Positions 1 through 9,176 of a stretch of DNA of 64,000 bases are shown here, piece by piece. Location of the stretch: assembly GCA_000993205.1 (NCBI GenBank), contig LBVU01000002.1, positions 117,079 through 181,078 on the forward strand, read 5' to 3'. Made by a program: the position numbers and the translations under genes. Within the stretch, counting starts at the first letter, position 1. Each line of letters starts with the position of its first letter. The DNA is from Candidatus Woesebacteria bacterium GW2011_GWB1_39_10 (lineage in GTDB: Bacteria; Patescibacteriota; Microgenomatia; UBA8517). The notes beneath the pieces are model-generated. The model searched no databases, was not told where the DNA came from, and saw only the letters and a list, made by a program, of their open reading frames with translations.

Positions 1-20
1 CCAAACCCTGAACGACTAAC

Positions 21-69
21 CGCTTGCGGAACAATGATGTTTCTACATCACTCCGCAAGCGTTTTTTTT
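21..69 (+). terminator. Hairpin with T-tract (intrinsic terminator-like)
   Basis: cgcttgcgga...tccgcaagcg 10-bp stem with inner tgatg/catca stem, followed by T8. Confidence 0.5.
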
Positions 70-103
70 GACAAAATGGGGCGTATGATGATATAAACCA
101 CTT

Positions 104-790
104 ATGGCCGAAAGAATTGTCGTGAGTCCCAGAGAGATAAAATTTGGCGGTGAGGGAAAGGCGGAGAACATCAATCGCGGTTTTGCGATTGCCACACTCA
201 GGAATCCCAGACCCGAATATAACTTTTCAAGAGGTGAAAGGATACTGGCCAACTGTTTTGACGACAACCAAAAGGTTCCGGTTGTGGTGGTGGCGAATGA
301 AATAAAACAACTTAAAGACTTTTCTGTCCCCCAGCTTGCCCTGGATGGATTTTTCTCCGTTCCCCACGTTGTAAACGGAATGAAAATGTATCCCGGTTAT
401 GAAAAAATAAATAAAAAATCGATAGTTCAAGCCATTACTTTCGTTAAAGAAGACGCCTTTAATAAATTACATAAAGATCTGCAAAAAGATATTTTGGCGC
501 ATTATGATGTTTTTGACGGATTGGTAAAAATGCCGGAACTCAGGCTCCTGTTCTTCCCAACCATGTGTTTCTGGCTTACCGAAAATGGCGCAAATATAGA
601 AGACTGGGTAGATTTTCTGGAAGTAAATCATCTTATTTCAGGTGAAGAAAAAAAGAAAATGGAAAGTTATACGCGTATGGGAAGCAATATGTTTAAACTT
701 CTAAAGGGCCGGTCCCGCATGTTGCAAGAGGTTTCCACAAAACCCGAGGATGGGTTATTCAGACCTTTAATTTTGGGTGCTTTTGATTAA
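104..790 (+). CDS. Hypothetical protein
   Basis: 228-aa ORF with protein-like composition; no motif recognised. Confidence 0.7.
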   Translation: MAERIVVSPREIKFGGEGKAENINRGFAIATLRNPRPEYNFSRGERILANCFDDNQKVPVVVVANEIKQLKDFSVPQLALDGFFSVPHVVNGMKMYPGYEKINKKSIVQAITFVKEDAFNKLHKDLQKDILAHYDVFDGLVKMPELRLLFFPTMCFWLTENGANIEDWVDFLEVNHLISGEEKKKMESYTRMGSNMFKLLKGRSRMLQEVSTKPEDGLFRPLILGAFD

Positions 791-2026
791 TTAATCAAAA
801 AGATCTATAGCTCCCTGAAGAATTACATCTTCTTTGTCGGTATCTTTTGGCGTAATTACAATATCCGGTGTAAGTCCGATTCCATGCACCCAATTCCCCG
901 AAGGGGTCAACCATTTGGCGGTGGTTACATGTAATCCGCTCCCGTTTGCCGCATCAATAGGTTCCTGAACGGTACCCTTCCCAAAACTCTTCTCCCCTAC
1001 TAGTTTGAAATGGCGGACATCACGAAGCGCGCCGGAAAATATTTCACTGGCAGAGGCGCTTCCCCCATTAATCAAAACTGCAGCCTCATAATTTTGAAGT
1101 CTTTCAAGTCTGTCGGATCGATATTCAATCTTTCTTCCGTCTCCTCTTTCCTCAATAACGACCGTTGTCCCTACGGGAACAAAATCACTGGCCACGTCAA
1201 CCGCAGATTGCAAATAACCACCAGGGTTATTTCTAAGATCTATAATTATTCCTTTTATTTTTCCGTTTTGCAGGATCTGATCAACAATTTTATCCCACTC
1301 ATCGGTCGTTTGGGAATCAAATTTACTAAGTTTAACATGAGCGATACTTTTATCCTCTCCTACAAGATTAAGGGTAACAGACGGAACATTAAGCTTTGCT
1401 CGAGTAAGTTCGATTACAATAGGAGTCTTGTCCCCATCACGAATTAGAGTTAATGTAACTTTTGTCCCTGCCGGTCCTCTTATATCCTGAACGGCCTCGG
1501 GAAGAGTTATTGCGCTGGTTGAAACATCGATTTTTTTAGATACGTCGGTAATACGTACTATAAAATCTCCCGCCTTGACCCCGGCGCGTTCGGCCGGAGA
1601 ATCTGGCAAGGGGCTTACTACCGCCAATCTATTTTCTTTATAACCGATCTCAATACCAACACCTTCAAAAGAACCGCTCAAGTCCTCGTTGACTACTTTG
1701 TTTTCTTTTGGAGGCAAAAACATTGTATAAGGGTCTCCAACCGCCGCAACCATTCCGCTAATTGCGCCATAAACCATTTCTGAAGGCCTAAGTTTGCTTT
1801 TATCATAATATTTCGCGCTCAACGTATCCCAAACCTGCCAAAAAAGGGAAAAGTCTACATTCTTATCAGGAGGGGTTTGTCTGTCTATTTTTACCTGAAG
1901 TGATTTTGAAACTTCGGCCGTAAATCCCCTTACCCCGAGTTGATAGCCAAAGGTAAAGACAATAAGAAGTACGAAAATCCCGAGAACCGATTTTCTAACT
2001 TTTGAAAAACTAAGTTTGAAAGCCAT
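791..2026 (-). CDS. ctpA: S41 family C-terminal processing protease (PDZ + S41)
   Basis: N-terminal TM, GVGIEI PDZ, DLRNNPGG, SASASE, KSFGKGTVQ motifs. Confidence 0.93.
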   Translation of the reverse strand: MAFKLSFSKVRKSVLGIFVLLIVFTFGYQLGVRGFTAEVSKSLQVKIDRQTPPDKNVDFSLFWQVWDTLSAKYYDKSKLRPSEMVYGAISGMVAAVGDPYTMFLPPKENKVVNEDLSGSFEGVGIEIGYKENRLAVVSPLPDSPAERAGVKAGDFIVRITDVSKKIDVSTSAITLPEAVQDIRGPAGTKVTLTLIRDGDKTPIVIELTRAKLNVPSVTLNLVGEDKSIAHVKLSKFDSQTTDEWDKIVDQILQNGKIKGIIIDLRNNPGGYLQSAVDVASDFVPVGTTVVIEERGDGRKIEYRSDRLERLQNYEAAVLINGGSASASEIFSGALRDVRHFKLVGEKSFGKGTVQEPIDAANGSGLHVTTAKWLTPSGNWVHGIGLTPDIVITPKDTDKEDVILQGAIDLFD

Positions 2027-2064
2027 ATGGAGATGATATCGGCTTTGAGCCGTTAACTCAAGAA

Positions 2065-2319
2065 CTAAATTCTGGGAGTGTATGGCAGAAGTGCCAAATG
2101 TCTGGCGCGTTTAATGGAAAGGGCAACACGCCTTTGATGTTTTGCACAAAGCCCGGTTCTATCTTTTCCCAAAAGTTTAGCACGGTCGCTTATATATTTG
2201 GTCAAGATTCCAATATCTTTATAGTCGGGCTCTGTTTTATTTTTGTCAAAGGGACAATTACGTGCAACAGGCGCTTCTTTCAATATCCTTCTTTTTTTAT
2301 TGTCTTTTTTCTTTGCCAT
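2065..2319 (-). CDS. rpsR: 30S ribosomal protein S18
   Basis: DYKD...TGLCAKHQR...IKRARHLALLPY; rpsF-ssb-rpsR synteny. Confidence 0.96.
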   Translation of the reverse strand: MAKKKDNKKRRILKEAPVARNCPFDKNKTEPDYKDIGILTKYISDRAKLLGKDRTGLCAKHQRRVALSIKRARHLALLPYTPRI

Positions 2320-2355
2320 AAAAATAGTTATTAGATTTTAGTTATTAGTTCTTAG

Positions 2356-2859
2356 TTAAAATGGTATATCCTCCTCACCGACTTCCTCCTTGTCCGCCGT
2401 AGCCTCGACGGAGGCGGATGCCTTTTTGTCTTTTTTAGCCGGCTTCTCTACTGACTCGACAGGTGCTTCTTGTGATTCAATCTTTGGCTCAGGAACTTCA
2501 ATTTCCCCTCCACCAACTTCATCGGATTTCTTATCCAAAATCAGCATATCGCTTATAACTACTTCTGTTCTTTGTTTTTGGGTTCCGTCAGTACCTTGCC
2601 AGCTACGTGTGGCAAGACGTCCCTCTACGTAAACTTTTCGGCCCTTTTTCAAAAGATTCGCGCAGATTTCGGCCAACTTGTTCCAAGCGACTACGTTGTG
2701 GAATTCAACATCCTCCTTTTTTTCACCACTGTCGGTATTCCAGCTTCTATTGGTTGCAACCCCAAAAGTACAAACCGCAGTTCCTTGCGGCGTATAACGC
2801 ATTTCGGGATCGCGAGTCATATTCCCGATCAACATTACTCTATTTAGTGATTTTGCCAC
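2356..2859 (-). CDS. ssb: Single-stranded DNA-binding protein
   Basis: LNRVMLIGN..RDPE, KKGRKVYVEGRL, acidic EDIPF tail. Confidence 0.97.
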   Translation of the reverse strand: MAKSLNRVMLIGNMTRDPEMRYTPQGTAVCTFGVATNRSWNTDSGEKKEDVEFHNVVAWNKLAEICANLLKKGRKVYVEGRLATRSWQGTDGTQKQRTEVVISDMLILDKKSDEVGGGEIEVPEPKIESQEAPVESVEKPAKKDKKASASVEATADKEEVGEEDIPF

Positions 2860-2878
2860 TTCGTCTCGCCGTAGCTCC

Positions 2879-3178
2879 TTAAGCGGAGGCGGATCCTTCC
2901 TTTCTAATTAAAAGATAGCGTATCACATCAACGTCCGTTCTTAGTTTATCATCAAGCGCTTTGGCCCCGGTTGGGTCAAGCTCTATCTCAAAAAATAGGT
3001 ATAAACCGGTTTCGCTTTTGCCGATTTTGTAGGCCAATTCTTTAACTCCCCACTCTTTGGACTCTTTGATAGCGCCTTTAAAAATCTGAAGGGTTTTTTC
3101 AAAAGCCTCGACAACCTTCTTTTTCTTGGCCGCCCCGGCCTTGCCGTCCAAAACTACAGTCAGTTCATATTTGTTCAT
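2879..3178 (-). CDS. rpsF: 30S ribosomal protein S6
   Basis: KYEL..., EWGVKELAYKI, VIRYLLIR; synteny. Confidence 0.95.
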   Translation of the reverse strand: MNKYELTVVLDGKAGAAKKKKVVEAFEKTLQIFKGAIKESKEWGVKELAYKIGKSETGLYLFFEIELDPTGAKALDDKLRTDVDVIRYLLIRKEGSASA

Positions 3179-3193
3179 ACAATTGGAATTATA

Positions 3194-4375
3194 TCAGCTT
3201 CCGATTTTGAACTCAACCACATCTCCGTCGTGCATTATATAGTCCCGGCCCTCGCTCCTGACTTTGCCTTCCTCACGACAAACCTTCCACCCGCCTACGC
3301 CCGGCTTCGGCGAGGCAGGCCCTCCAATAAAGTCACTAAAATCACAAACATCAGCTTTAATAAATTTTTTAATAAAATCCGTATGAATTACACCGGCGGC
3401 TTCTTGGGCACTGATCCCAACCGGAATGGTCCAAGCCCTAACTTCCTTCTCCCCTGCCGTTAAAAATGTAATTAGGCCGAGGGTTTTAAAAGCTTTCTGG
3501 ATTAACCTCTCCAATCCCGATTTTTTAATTCCAAGATCCTCCATGTATATTTTTTGGTCATCGTTAGAAAGTTCCGCAAGCTCGCTTTCGGTTTTGGCGC
3601 AAATTGCCACAACTTGATCGGGATTTAACTTGAGCTTTTCGGCAAAAGAAATTTCCAGATCATGCGCGTTTGCTAAATCTTTCTCATCCACATTCATAAC
3701 GACAAGGACGGGCTTGATTGTCAAAAGTCCTAGTTCTTTGGCTATTTTCCTCTCCTCCTCTGATACATCGTTATATAACGATGTATCACTGGATAAAATT
3801 GTTTTTAATCTCTGAACTGCTTGCCAGCGATCTTTTAATTCTTTATCCGGGGTATTGCCTGGGTCTTTTTGTTTTTCTAAAGTTTGAAGATCGGCCAGCG
3901 CAAGTTCAGTATTTAAGACCTCAAAGTCGCTTACGGGATCTTTTACTCCCTGTTTTACAATATCAGGGTCGGTAAATGCGCGAAGAACAAAACAAATCGC
4001 ATTGGTTTCCCTAATATGGCTTAAAAATTTGTTTCCTAATCCCTCACCTTTGCTAGCCCCGGCGATGAGACCAGCTATATCTACGAATTCGACAGTTGCT
4101 GGAACAATGGGGATACTCGATACTCGATACTCGATACTGGGTGGTTTTTTGTCCCCGCTTAGTATCTTAGTATCTCTATATCCTAGTATCTCCGACTCGA
4201 CAACTTTTCTAAGTTGTTCGAGGCGGCCGTCCGGAACCGGTACAATCCCTATGTTTGGTTCAATCGTTGCGAACGGAAAGTTCGCCACGTACGCCTGCTG
4301 CTTTTTAAGCAAAGCGTTAAAAAGTGTGGACTTCCCAACGTTTGATAACCCTACAATTGCCACACTAAGACTCAT
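3194..4375 (-). CDS. ychF: Redox-regulated ATPase YchF
   Basis: GLSNVGKST, NFPFATIEPN, VDIAGL, AAGVIHTDF TGS domain. Confidence 0.96.
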   Translation of the reverse strand: MSLSVAIVGLSNVGKSTLFNALLKKQQAYVANFPFATIEPNIGIVPVPDGRLEQLRKVVESEILGYRDTKILSGDKKPPSIEYRVSSIPIVPATVEFVDIAGLIAGASKGEGLGNKFLSHIRETNAICFVLRAFTDPDIVKQGVKDPVSDFEVLNTELALADLQTLEKQKDPGNTPDKELKDRWQAVQRLKTILSSDTSLYNDVSEEERKIAKELGLLTIKPVLVVMNVDEKDLANAHDLEISFAEKLKLNPDQVVAICAKTESELAELSNDDQKIYMEDLGIKKSGLERLIQKAFKTLGLITFLTAGEKEVRAWTIPVGISAQEAAGVIHTDFIKKFIKADVCDFSDFIGGPASPKPGVGGWKVCREEGKVRSEGRDYIMHDGDVVEFKIGS

Positions 4376-4392
4376 TTTTTAGCCTCCCTTTC

Positions 4393-4421
4393 TTGACTTC
4401 TTGGGTAAATAGACATATAAT
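4393..4421 (+). promoter_or_regulatory. Sigma70 promoter firing antisense into the MazF-like gene
   Basis: TTGACT(4393-4398)-17 bp-TATAAT(4416-4421); no + strand gene until 5088. Confidence 0.7.
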
Positions 4422-4427
4422 ATCCTC

Positions 4428-4472
4428 AAATTGGCGTTAGCCACGACCTTCTCGCTTCGGCGGGAAGGGCAA
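4428..4472 (+). ncRNA. Candidate antisense/antitoxin small RNA (5' structured part; 3' end unknown)
   Basis: Directly after the promoter: tggc-gtta-gcca hairpin, then ccttctcgc-TTCG-gcgggaagg hairpin (cUUCGg loop; its U-G pair works only on + strand). Confidence 0.4.
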
Positions 4473-4871
4473 AACAAAGAATTTCGAAACTTCCTCTAAG
4501 ACTCTGAAAAAGTCACCCTCATCCATTTCTGATAATTTATTCCAAATTCGTTTTGAACTAAACACACGGATTTGTGAAATCATAACAGAAACAGTTTTAC
4601 CTTGCACTGATACCGGAACATAATATTTATTATCCTTAAGCTTTGTGCTCATGGGGATTCCCAAAAACAATTCACGATTGAATTTTTTGATAATTAGAAC
4701 GGGTCTAACAAAGTTTTCATTTTTACCATCCTCTTCAAAACCAACATTTACACCAACAGAAACCCACCAAATATCACGTTCTTTAAAAAGAGGTGGTGTT
4801 TTGATTTTGTAATGAGACTGCTTTTTCTTTTCAATCCATCCATCAAAATCTTTTGGGAAATTTACATCCAT
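4437..4871 (-). CDS. PemK/MazF-like toxin family protein
   Basis: ERDIWWVSVGVNVGFEEDGK..RPVLI..PMST..SQIRVFSSKR. Confidence 0.85.
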   Translation of the reverse strand: MDVNFPKDFDGWIEKKKQSHYKIKTPPLFKERDIWWVSVGVNVGFEEDGKNENFVRPVLIIKKFNRELFLGIPMSTKLKDNKYYVPVSVQGKTVSVMISQIRVFSSKRIWNKLSEMDEGDFFRVLEEVSKFFVLPFPPKREGRG

Positions 4872-5087
4872 ATAAAGCAATTATAATACTTTGAAGGAAA
4901 ATATTTACCTTGAAGTAGAAATTTATCCCTCAAAGTTTCAGCGAAGTGGGATCAAACTGTCCTTCGGCATGCTCAGGATAAATTGGGACAGTGAAAAGAC
5001 TGTCCCAATAGAAAGCGACGTGGCTAGATTTTAACATACTCTTTCCCCGATTTTTACTCGTCAGAAAAGAAGTGTATAATTCCCGCC

Positions 5088-5453
5088 ATGAAACAAGAAA
5101 TACTATTTGCGGAAGCCAAAAACCTGAAAGCTGAATTCACCTTTTCAAAACTGGATGCAGAGGAAAAAGAAATAGTTGACTCACTTGTCACATGGTCCAA
5201 TCCGGAAAGGTTTTCGGGTCAAATCAAACAACTTCACGGCAGAAGCGTTGTTATCAAAAGTCCGACAAGACACGTTTCTGATCCCATCGACTTTTTCATG
5301 GAAAAATATGACGGAATCCAAATTTTCGGATTTGGAGGCGCAAGGACAATGATCCGTGAAGGTGTCGCAGAAGTACCAAGCAAAATTGAAATTACACAAC
5401 TTAACGAATCCGACCATTCAAAAGAGCTTGCACAGATTCAGGAAAATTTTTAA
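5088..5453 (+). CDS. Hypothetical protein
   Basis: 121-aa ORF, TATAAT 7 nt before ATG. Confidence 0.7.
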   Translation: MKQEILFAEAKNLKAEFTFSKLDAEEKEIVDSLVTWSNPERFSGQIKQLHGRSVVIKSPTRHVSDPIDFFMEKYDGIQIFGFGGARTMIREGVAEVPSKIEITQLNESDHSKELAQIQENF

Positions 5454-5485
5454 GAACTCTTCACCAGACATTCGATTTAGCTTAT

Positions 5486-5917
5486 ATGGATGGACATTTG
5501 GGAAATATGAGTCTTCTTAGAACTGAGAAAAAAGCCGGAATTTATGCAACCGATTTGGGAAGCGTCAAAGATATAAAAAGCCACCCGTTTGCAGAAAAAT
5601 TCAGAGGAATTGATATATACACTTATATAGCAACATCACGTCGGCTTATGGCAAGCTATGCTAGTTATTTGGAAGCAAGGCATGGACAAGATAATGCAAT
5701 AAAAGATTTCCAGAATTTACTTACATTTATAAGTATTTCCGGCCTTGCTTCCGGATATTTTGAAACAGAAATAACAGATGGTGAAAGTATGTCTCCAACA
5801 GAAGTTGTTAAGAAAGGGAAAAAATTTGGAAACGATCTGGTAAAAATTTTCTCTCCGAATATCAGTCCTCAGGTCTCACTGGACATGTTCGAGATATACC
5901 TTAAGGAAATTATTTAG
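5486..5917 (+). CDS. Hypothetical protein
   Basis: 143-aa ORF co-oriented with previous gene. Confidence 0.65.
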   Translation: MDGHLGNMSLLRTEKKAGIYATDLGSVKDIKSHPFAEKFRGIDIYTYIATSRRLMASYASYLEARHGQDNAIKDFQNLLTFISISGLASGYFETEITDGESMSPTEVVKKGKKFGNDLVKIFSPNISPQVSLDMFEIYLKEII

Positions 5918-5923
5918 AAGTAA

Positions 5924-6222
5924 TTATACCGCAATTGTCTTTTGTTCCAGTTTGGAGACTCTTTTTTCCAATTTATCGAATTCTTCAACCGTCGGCGCAT
6001 CATCCTCCAAATTTGCAACCTGTAAACCGATTTTATCTATTCGCTTGGTTAACCTTTTTTCAACACCATCAATTTTTTGTCTAACTCTCCAAACTTACCT
6101 TCAAGTCCATCGATTCTACCTGACAATTTTTTGTCTAAACCATCAATTTTTTGCAATAATTCACTTTTCATGACACTTTGGCCATTAATTATTATTCGTA
6201 GCATTTTCTTTGTATCGTCCAT
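5924..6222 (-). pseudogene. Frameshifted coiled-coil protein gene (missed by ORF track)
   Basis: MDDTKKMLRIIINGQ...ELDKK then, in the shifted frame, IDGVEKRLTKRIDKIGLQVANLEDDAPTVEEFDKLEKRV...*; span is 299 bp, one base short, with the break at the T6 run 6073-6078. Confidence 0.7.
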
Positions 6223-6255
6223 TGGAATTAATATACTATCAAAAAACAGCCGATT

Positions 6256-6930
6256 TCAATATCCTTTATATACAATCTTTATTCTTCCCCCATTAAATGT
6301 TGCGTCGGCACCGTTTAACGACTTAATTTGCACCCGATAAATGTTTTGGCCTCTCCAAAAATAAAGTCTCCCGGATGCAACCCTAACACCGATTGTATCA
6401 TTGCTTTCGAGTTCGCTTCCGTTAACGGCAATTTTATTTGTCGCATCATAAAGTCGAACAAACACTTTGCTTCCGGAACTGGATGTGTTAATTGACGCAT
6501 CCCAATCAACATAGGCATCTTTACCGTATTCAGTCTCTAAATTAATCGGGGTATCGGTCCCACCAATGTCTGCCCAATCAGTATTTTTTGTAGTAAACGT
6601 ACCGTTTAAATTCAGATAAGCTGTCCTTTTTGTAAAAGGAGTAGTTGAAACAACCCTAACCGGTATCGGCGTTGATGTCTGTGTAGAAGCCGGAGTCTGC
6701 GATTTTAAAACTGACTCAATAACTTGAGTGACATAGTCTTTTATGTCATTTAAATTTACCTGCTGTACAGCTGTTTTTGCACCGTCTTGAGTAACAATTT
6801 TACTGTCTTTGACTTTTTTGACTTCACCAAAGAGAAAGAGAAAACCAACTGCCAACGCTACTATGCAAATTGAGAAAAATATATGAATGAGCGTGTCCGA
6901 AGATGTTTTTTTGTAATTCACCAGACCCAT
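6256..6930 (-). CDS. Membrane-anchored hypothetical protein
   Basis: Single N-terminal TM, Thr/Pro linker, beta-rich C-terminal domain. Confidence 0.75.
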   Translation of the reverse strand: MGLVNYKKTSSDTLIHIFFSICIVALAVGFLFLFGEVKKVKDSKIVTQDGAKTAVQQVNLNDIKDYVTQVIESVLKSQTPASTQTSTPIPVRVVSTTPFTKRTAYLNLNGTFTTKNTDWADIGGTDTPINLETEYGKDAYVDWDASINTSSSGSKVFVRLYDATNKIAVNGSELESNDTIGVRVASGRLYFWRGQNIYRVQIKSLNGADATFNGGRIKIVYKGY

Positions 6931-7091
6931 ACTAAAATCTTAACCTTTTTTATTCAGACTTTGCAAATACTAGCATCTTGATGCTAGGACGAAGCAATCA
7001 GTGAATATACCTACCCGAAGGAATATCTTACGGTTCAACGCATAGAAACCTACTCACAAATTCAATTTCGCTGGTTAGTGTTGCCGAAAGG

Positions 7092-7382
7092 TTATGCTAG
7101 TGTAATTTCAAAAATACTTTTAATCTTTGGGCTTGCGACCTTGTAAAAAATATTTTTACCCTGGCGTCTTGAATTAACTAGCCCAGTGAGTCTTAATATT
7201 TTTAGATGTTGGGAGGTGTTTGACTTTCTGACCTTCAGAATTTTTGATAGCTCATTTACCGTAACCTCGGAATTCATAGTCATACTTAAAATTTCGAGTC
7301 TTTTGGAGTTTGCGATAGCTTTGAATAGTTCAGCCATCTGTTCGTAAGCTTTTGGAGTGAATGAAAGTTTGTTTAATACCAT
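7092..7382 (-). CDS. ArsR/SmtB family transcriptional regulator
   Basis: FKAIANSKRLEIL..VNELS..TSQHLKILR..GLV..RRQGKNIFY; start uncertain. Confidence 0.88.
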   Translation of the reverse strand: MVLNKLSFTPKAYEQMAELFKAIANSKRLEILSMTMNSEVTVNELSKILKVRKSNTSQHLKILRLTGLVNSRRQGKNIFYKVASPKIKSIFEITLA

Positions 7383-7387
7383 ATCTA

Positions 7388-7410
7388 ATATGCTAATATG
7401 TTGCATATTT
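7388..7410. promoter_or_regulatory. Inverted repeat, putative ArsR operator
   Basis: aatatgc...gcatatt immediately upstream of the ArsR gene. Confidence 0.4.
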
Positions 7411-7453
7411 GTAACATGTAATTTCAGGGTTGTCAAGTTCCAACTGCTGGCAC

Positions 7454-7482
7454 TTGACAATGTTTGGTATCTGCGATGTAAT
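7454..7482 (+). promoter_or_regulatory. Sigma70 promoter for the response regulator
   Basis: TTGACA-17 bp-TGTAAT. Confidence 0.5.
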
Positions 7483-7515
7483 GAAACTAAGTTACTGATT
7501 TGTAACTATATATAA

Positions 7516-7935
7516 ATGAAGAAAATACTTATAGTTGAGGACGAACCGTCGTTTCTTAACCTACTCCACAAAGAGTTGACATCAAAAGGATATACGGTAG
7601 TTGACGCCAAGGATGGGAAAGAAGGATACGATACAGCAATGCTGGTTAAACCCGACCTTATTCTTCTGGACATTCTTATGCCCGGAGTCGACGGCCTAAC
7701 TATGCTCGAGCTTCTTCGAAAAAACAGAGACGGAAGGGATAAGGTCATTATCCTTACCAACCTAGAATTGGATAATAACGTTATGAAACGGGCGCTGGAT
7801 GCCAAACCGTTATATTATTTTGTTAAAAGCGACATCTCTCTTTCCGCCTTGATTCAAAAAATTGACGAGGAGCTTATGGAACAAGAAGTAAAAGAACTGG
7901 TTGAAGAAGACAATGAACACAGGGGGATAATTTAA
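7516..7935 (+). CDS. Stand-alone response regulator receiver protein
   Basis: KILIVEDE, DLILLDILMPGVDG, IILTN, YFVK. Confidence 0.92.
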   Translation: MKKILIVEDEPSFLNLLHKELTSKGYTVVDAKDGKEGYDTAMLVKPDLILLDILMPGVDGLTMLELLRKNRDGRDKVIILTNLELDNNVMKRALDAKPLYYFVKSDISLSALIQKIDEELMEQEVKELVEEDNEHRGII

Positions 7936-7943
7936 TACACCAC

Positions 7944-8186
7944 ATGAATGTTATTATCTGGATTACAATCGGAATTGTGGGCGGGTGGCTAATCGCCACG
8001 TTTGTAAAACACTCTACAAGCAATCTAATTGACCTAATCTTTGGACTTGTTGGTAGTCTGGTTGGCGCTTTTATTGCCAATTTGTTTATTGGGACTCCGT
8101 CAACAAGTGTTTACACTTTTATATCAGCCGCAATCGGAGCAGTTGTTTTTATTTTCTTGGGAAGACTGCACGGGATTTTTAAGTAA
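7944..8186 (+). CDS. GlsB/YeaQ/YmgE family membrane protein
   Basis: IIWI..GIVGGWL...GLVGSLVG...AIGAVVFIFL. Confidence 0.85.
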   Translation: MNVIIWITIGIVGGWLIATFVKHSTSNLIDLIFGLVGSLVGAFIANLFIGTPSTSVYTFISAAIGAVVFIFLGRLHGIFK

Positions 8187-8208
8187 GTTTGCACAGACTT
8201 AATATTCT

Positions 8209-9162
8209 TTAATGAAGTTTATGTCCATAATTAAGAGCTTTTACTCCATCTTTTGCTTCATTAATTTCTCTAAATGAAAGGAATAGAAAAATGCCGAGAA
8301 GTAAAAATGTGTTAACAGGCGCCAACCAAAAAGGATATTCGTTGCCAAAAGCCTCAAGAACCATTATTCCCCCAAGAAAACCTATTGAATACATCGCCCC
8401 GTTTTTGAGATATGCAAACTTGGTAATTAAATCAATTCCACGAACCGTAAACTCCCGAACAACGTATGCGCCCAAACCATTTCCTAAAATAATTAAAGGG
8501 ACTGAAAGTGTAAACGCAAATGCACCGATTACTCCATCAATCGAAAAACTTGCATCCAATATCTCTAAGAAAAGAATTTTGCTCAAAGCGCCCATATGAG
8601 AAGTCATTAGCTTCTCTTCTTCTTTTGCGGCATTCTTTTTAAATCCGTCTGTAATAAAAAATGCTGTCGCCCCGATTGATGCGGAAAGAGCCAAAATCGG
8701 ATGAAGATTTACAGAGAAATAAATAATCGCAGTTACGAAAACTGACGAGAGTGCATAAAACCAGATCGATGCTTTATGAATAAACCCCTCAACCAAAAAC
8801 GCGTATTTTTTTTCTTCGGTAAAAAGCCATGACAAAAAAACCAGAAAAAGATAAACTCCCCCACCAAGAAGTAAAATCGGTTTTGAAGCTTCCATTGATT
8901 TTTCCACTACTCCATCTTGCGCAAAAGAAGAACCAACGACCTGAATTAAAGTAAATTCAGGATTTGCAATCCAAACAATTAAAAATGGCAGTATCCCGCG
9001 TATTATAACTACCGCGAATATCAGTCCCCAAAACAAGAAGAATTTTTTATATTTTTCCGGGACCGTGGAGAGAACGTGTGCATTAACTATTGCATTATCA
9101 ATGGAAGAAACAGTCTCAAAAAGAGCAAGTCCGAAAATTACGATTATTGTATGCAAAACCAT
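8209..9162 (-). CDS. DUF475/TerC-like integral membrane protein
   Basis: ETVSSIDNAIVNA, LEILDASFSIDGVIGAFA, YLKNGAMYSIG. Confidence 0.85.
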   Translation of the reverse strand: MVLHTIIVIFGLALFETVSSIDNAIVNAHVLSTVPEKYKKFFLFWGLIFAVVIIRGILPFLIVWIANPEFTLIQVVGSSFAQDGVVEKSMEASKPILLLGGGVYLFLVFLSWLFTEEKKYAFLVEGFIHKASIWFYALSSVFVTAIIYFSVNLHPILALSASIGATAFFITDGFKKNAAKEEEKLMTSHMGALSKILFLEILDASFSIDGVIGAFAFTLSVPLIILGNGLGAYVVREFTVRGIDLITKFAYLKNGAMYSIGFLGGIMVLEAFGNEYPFWLAPVNTFLLLGIFLFLSFREINEAKDGVKALNYGHKLH

Positions 9163-9176
9163 AAAACTATTATACA

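Noticed and set aside
7028-7058. Purine-riboswitch-like words (gtttcta...ccgtaa) on the - strand
   Set aside because: The required P2/P3 stems do not form around them.
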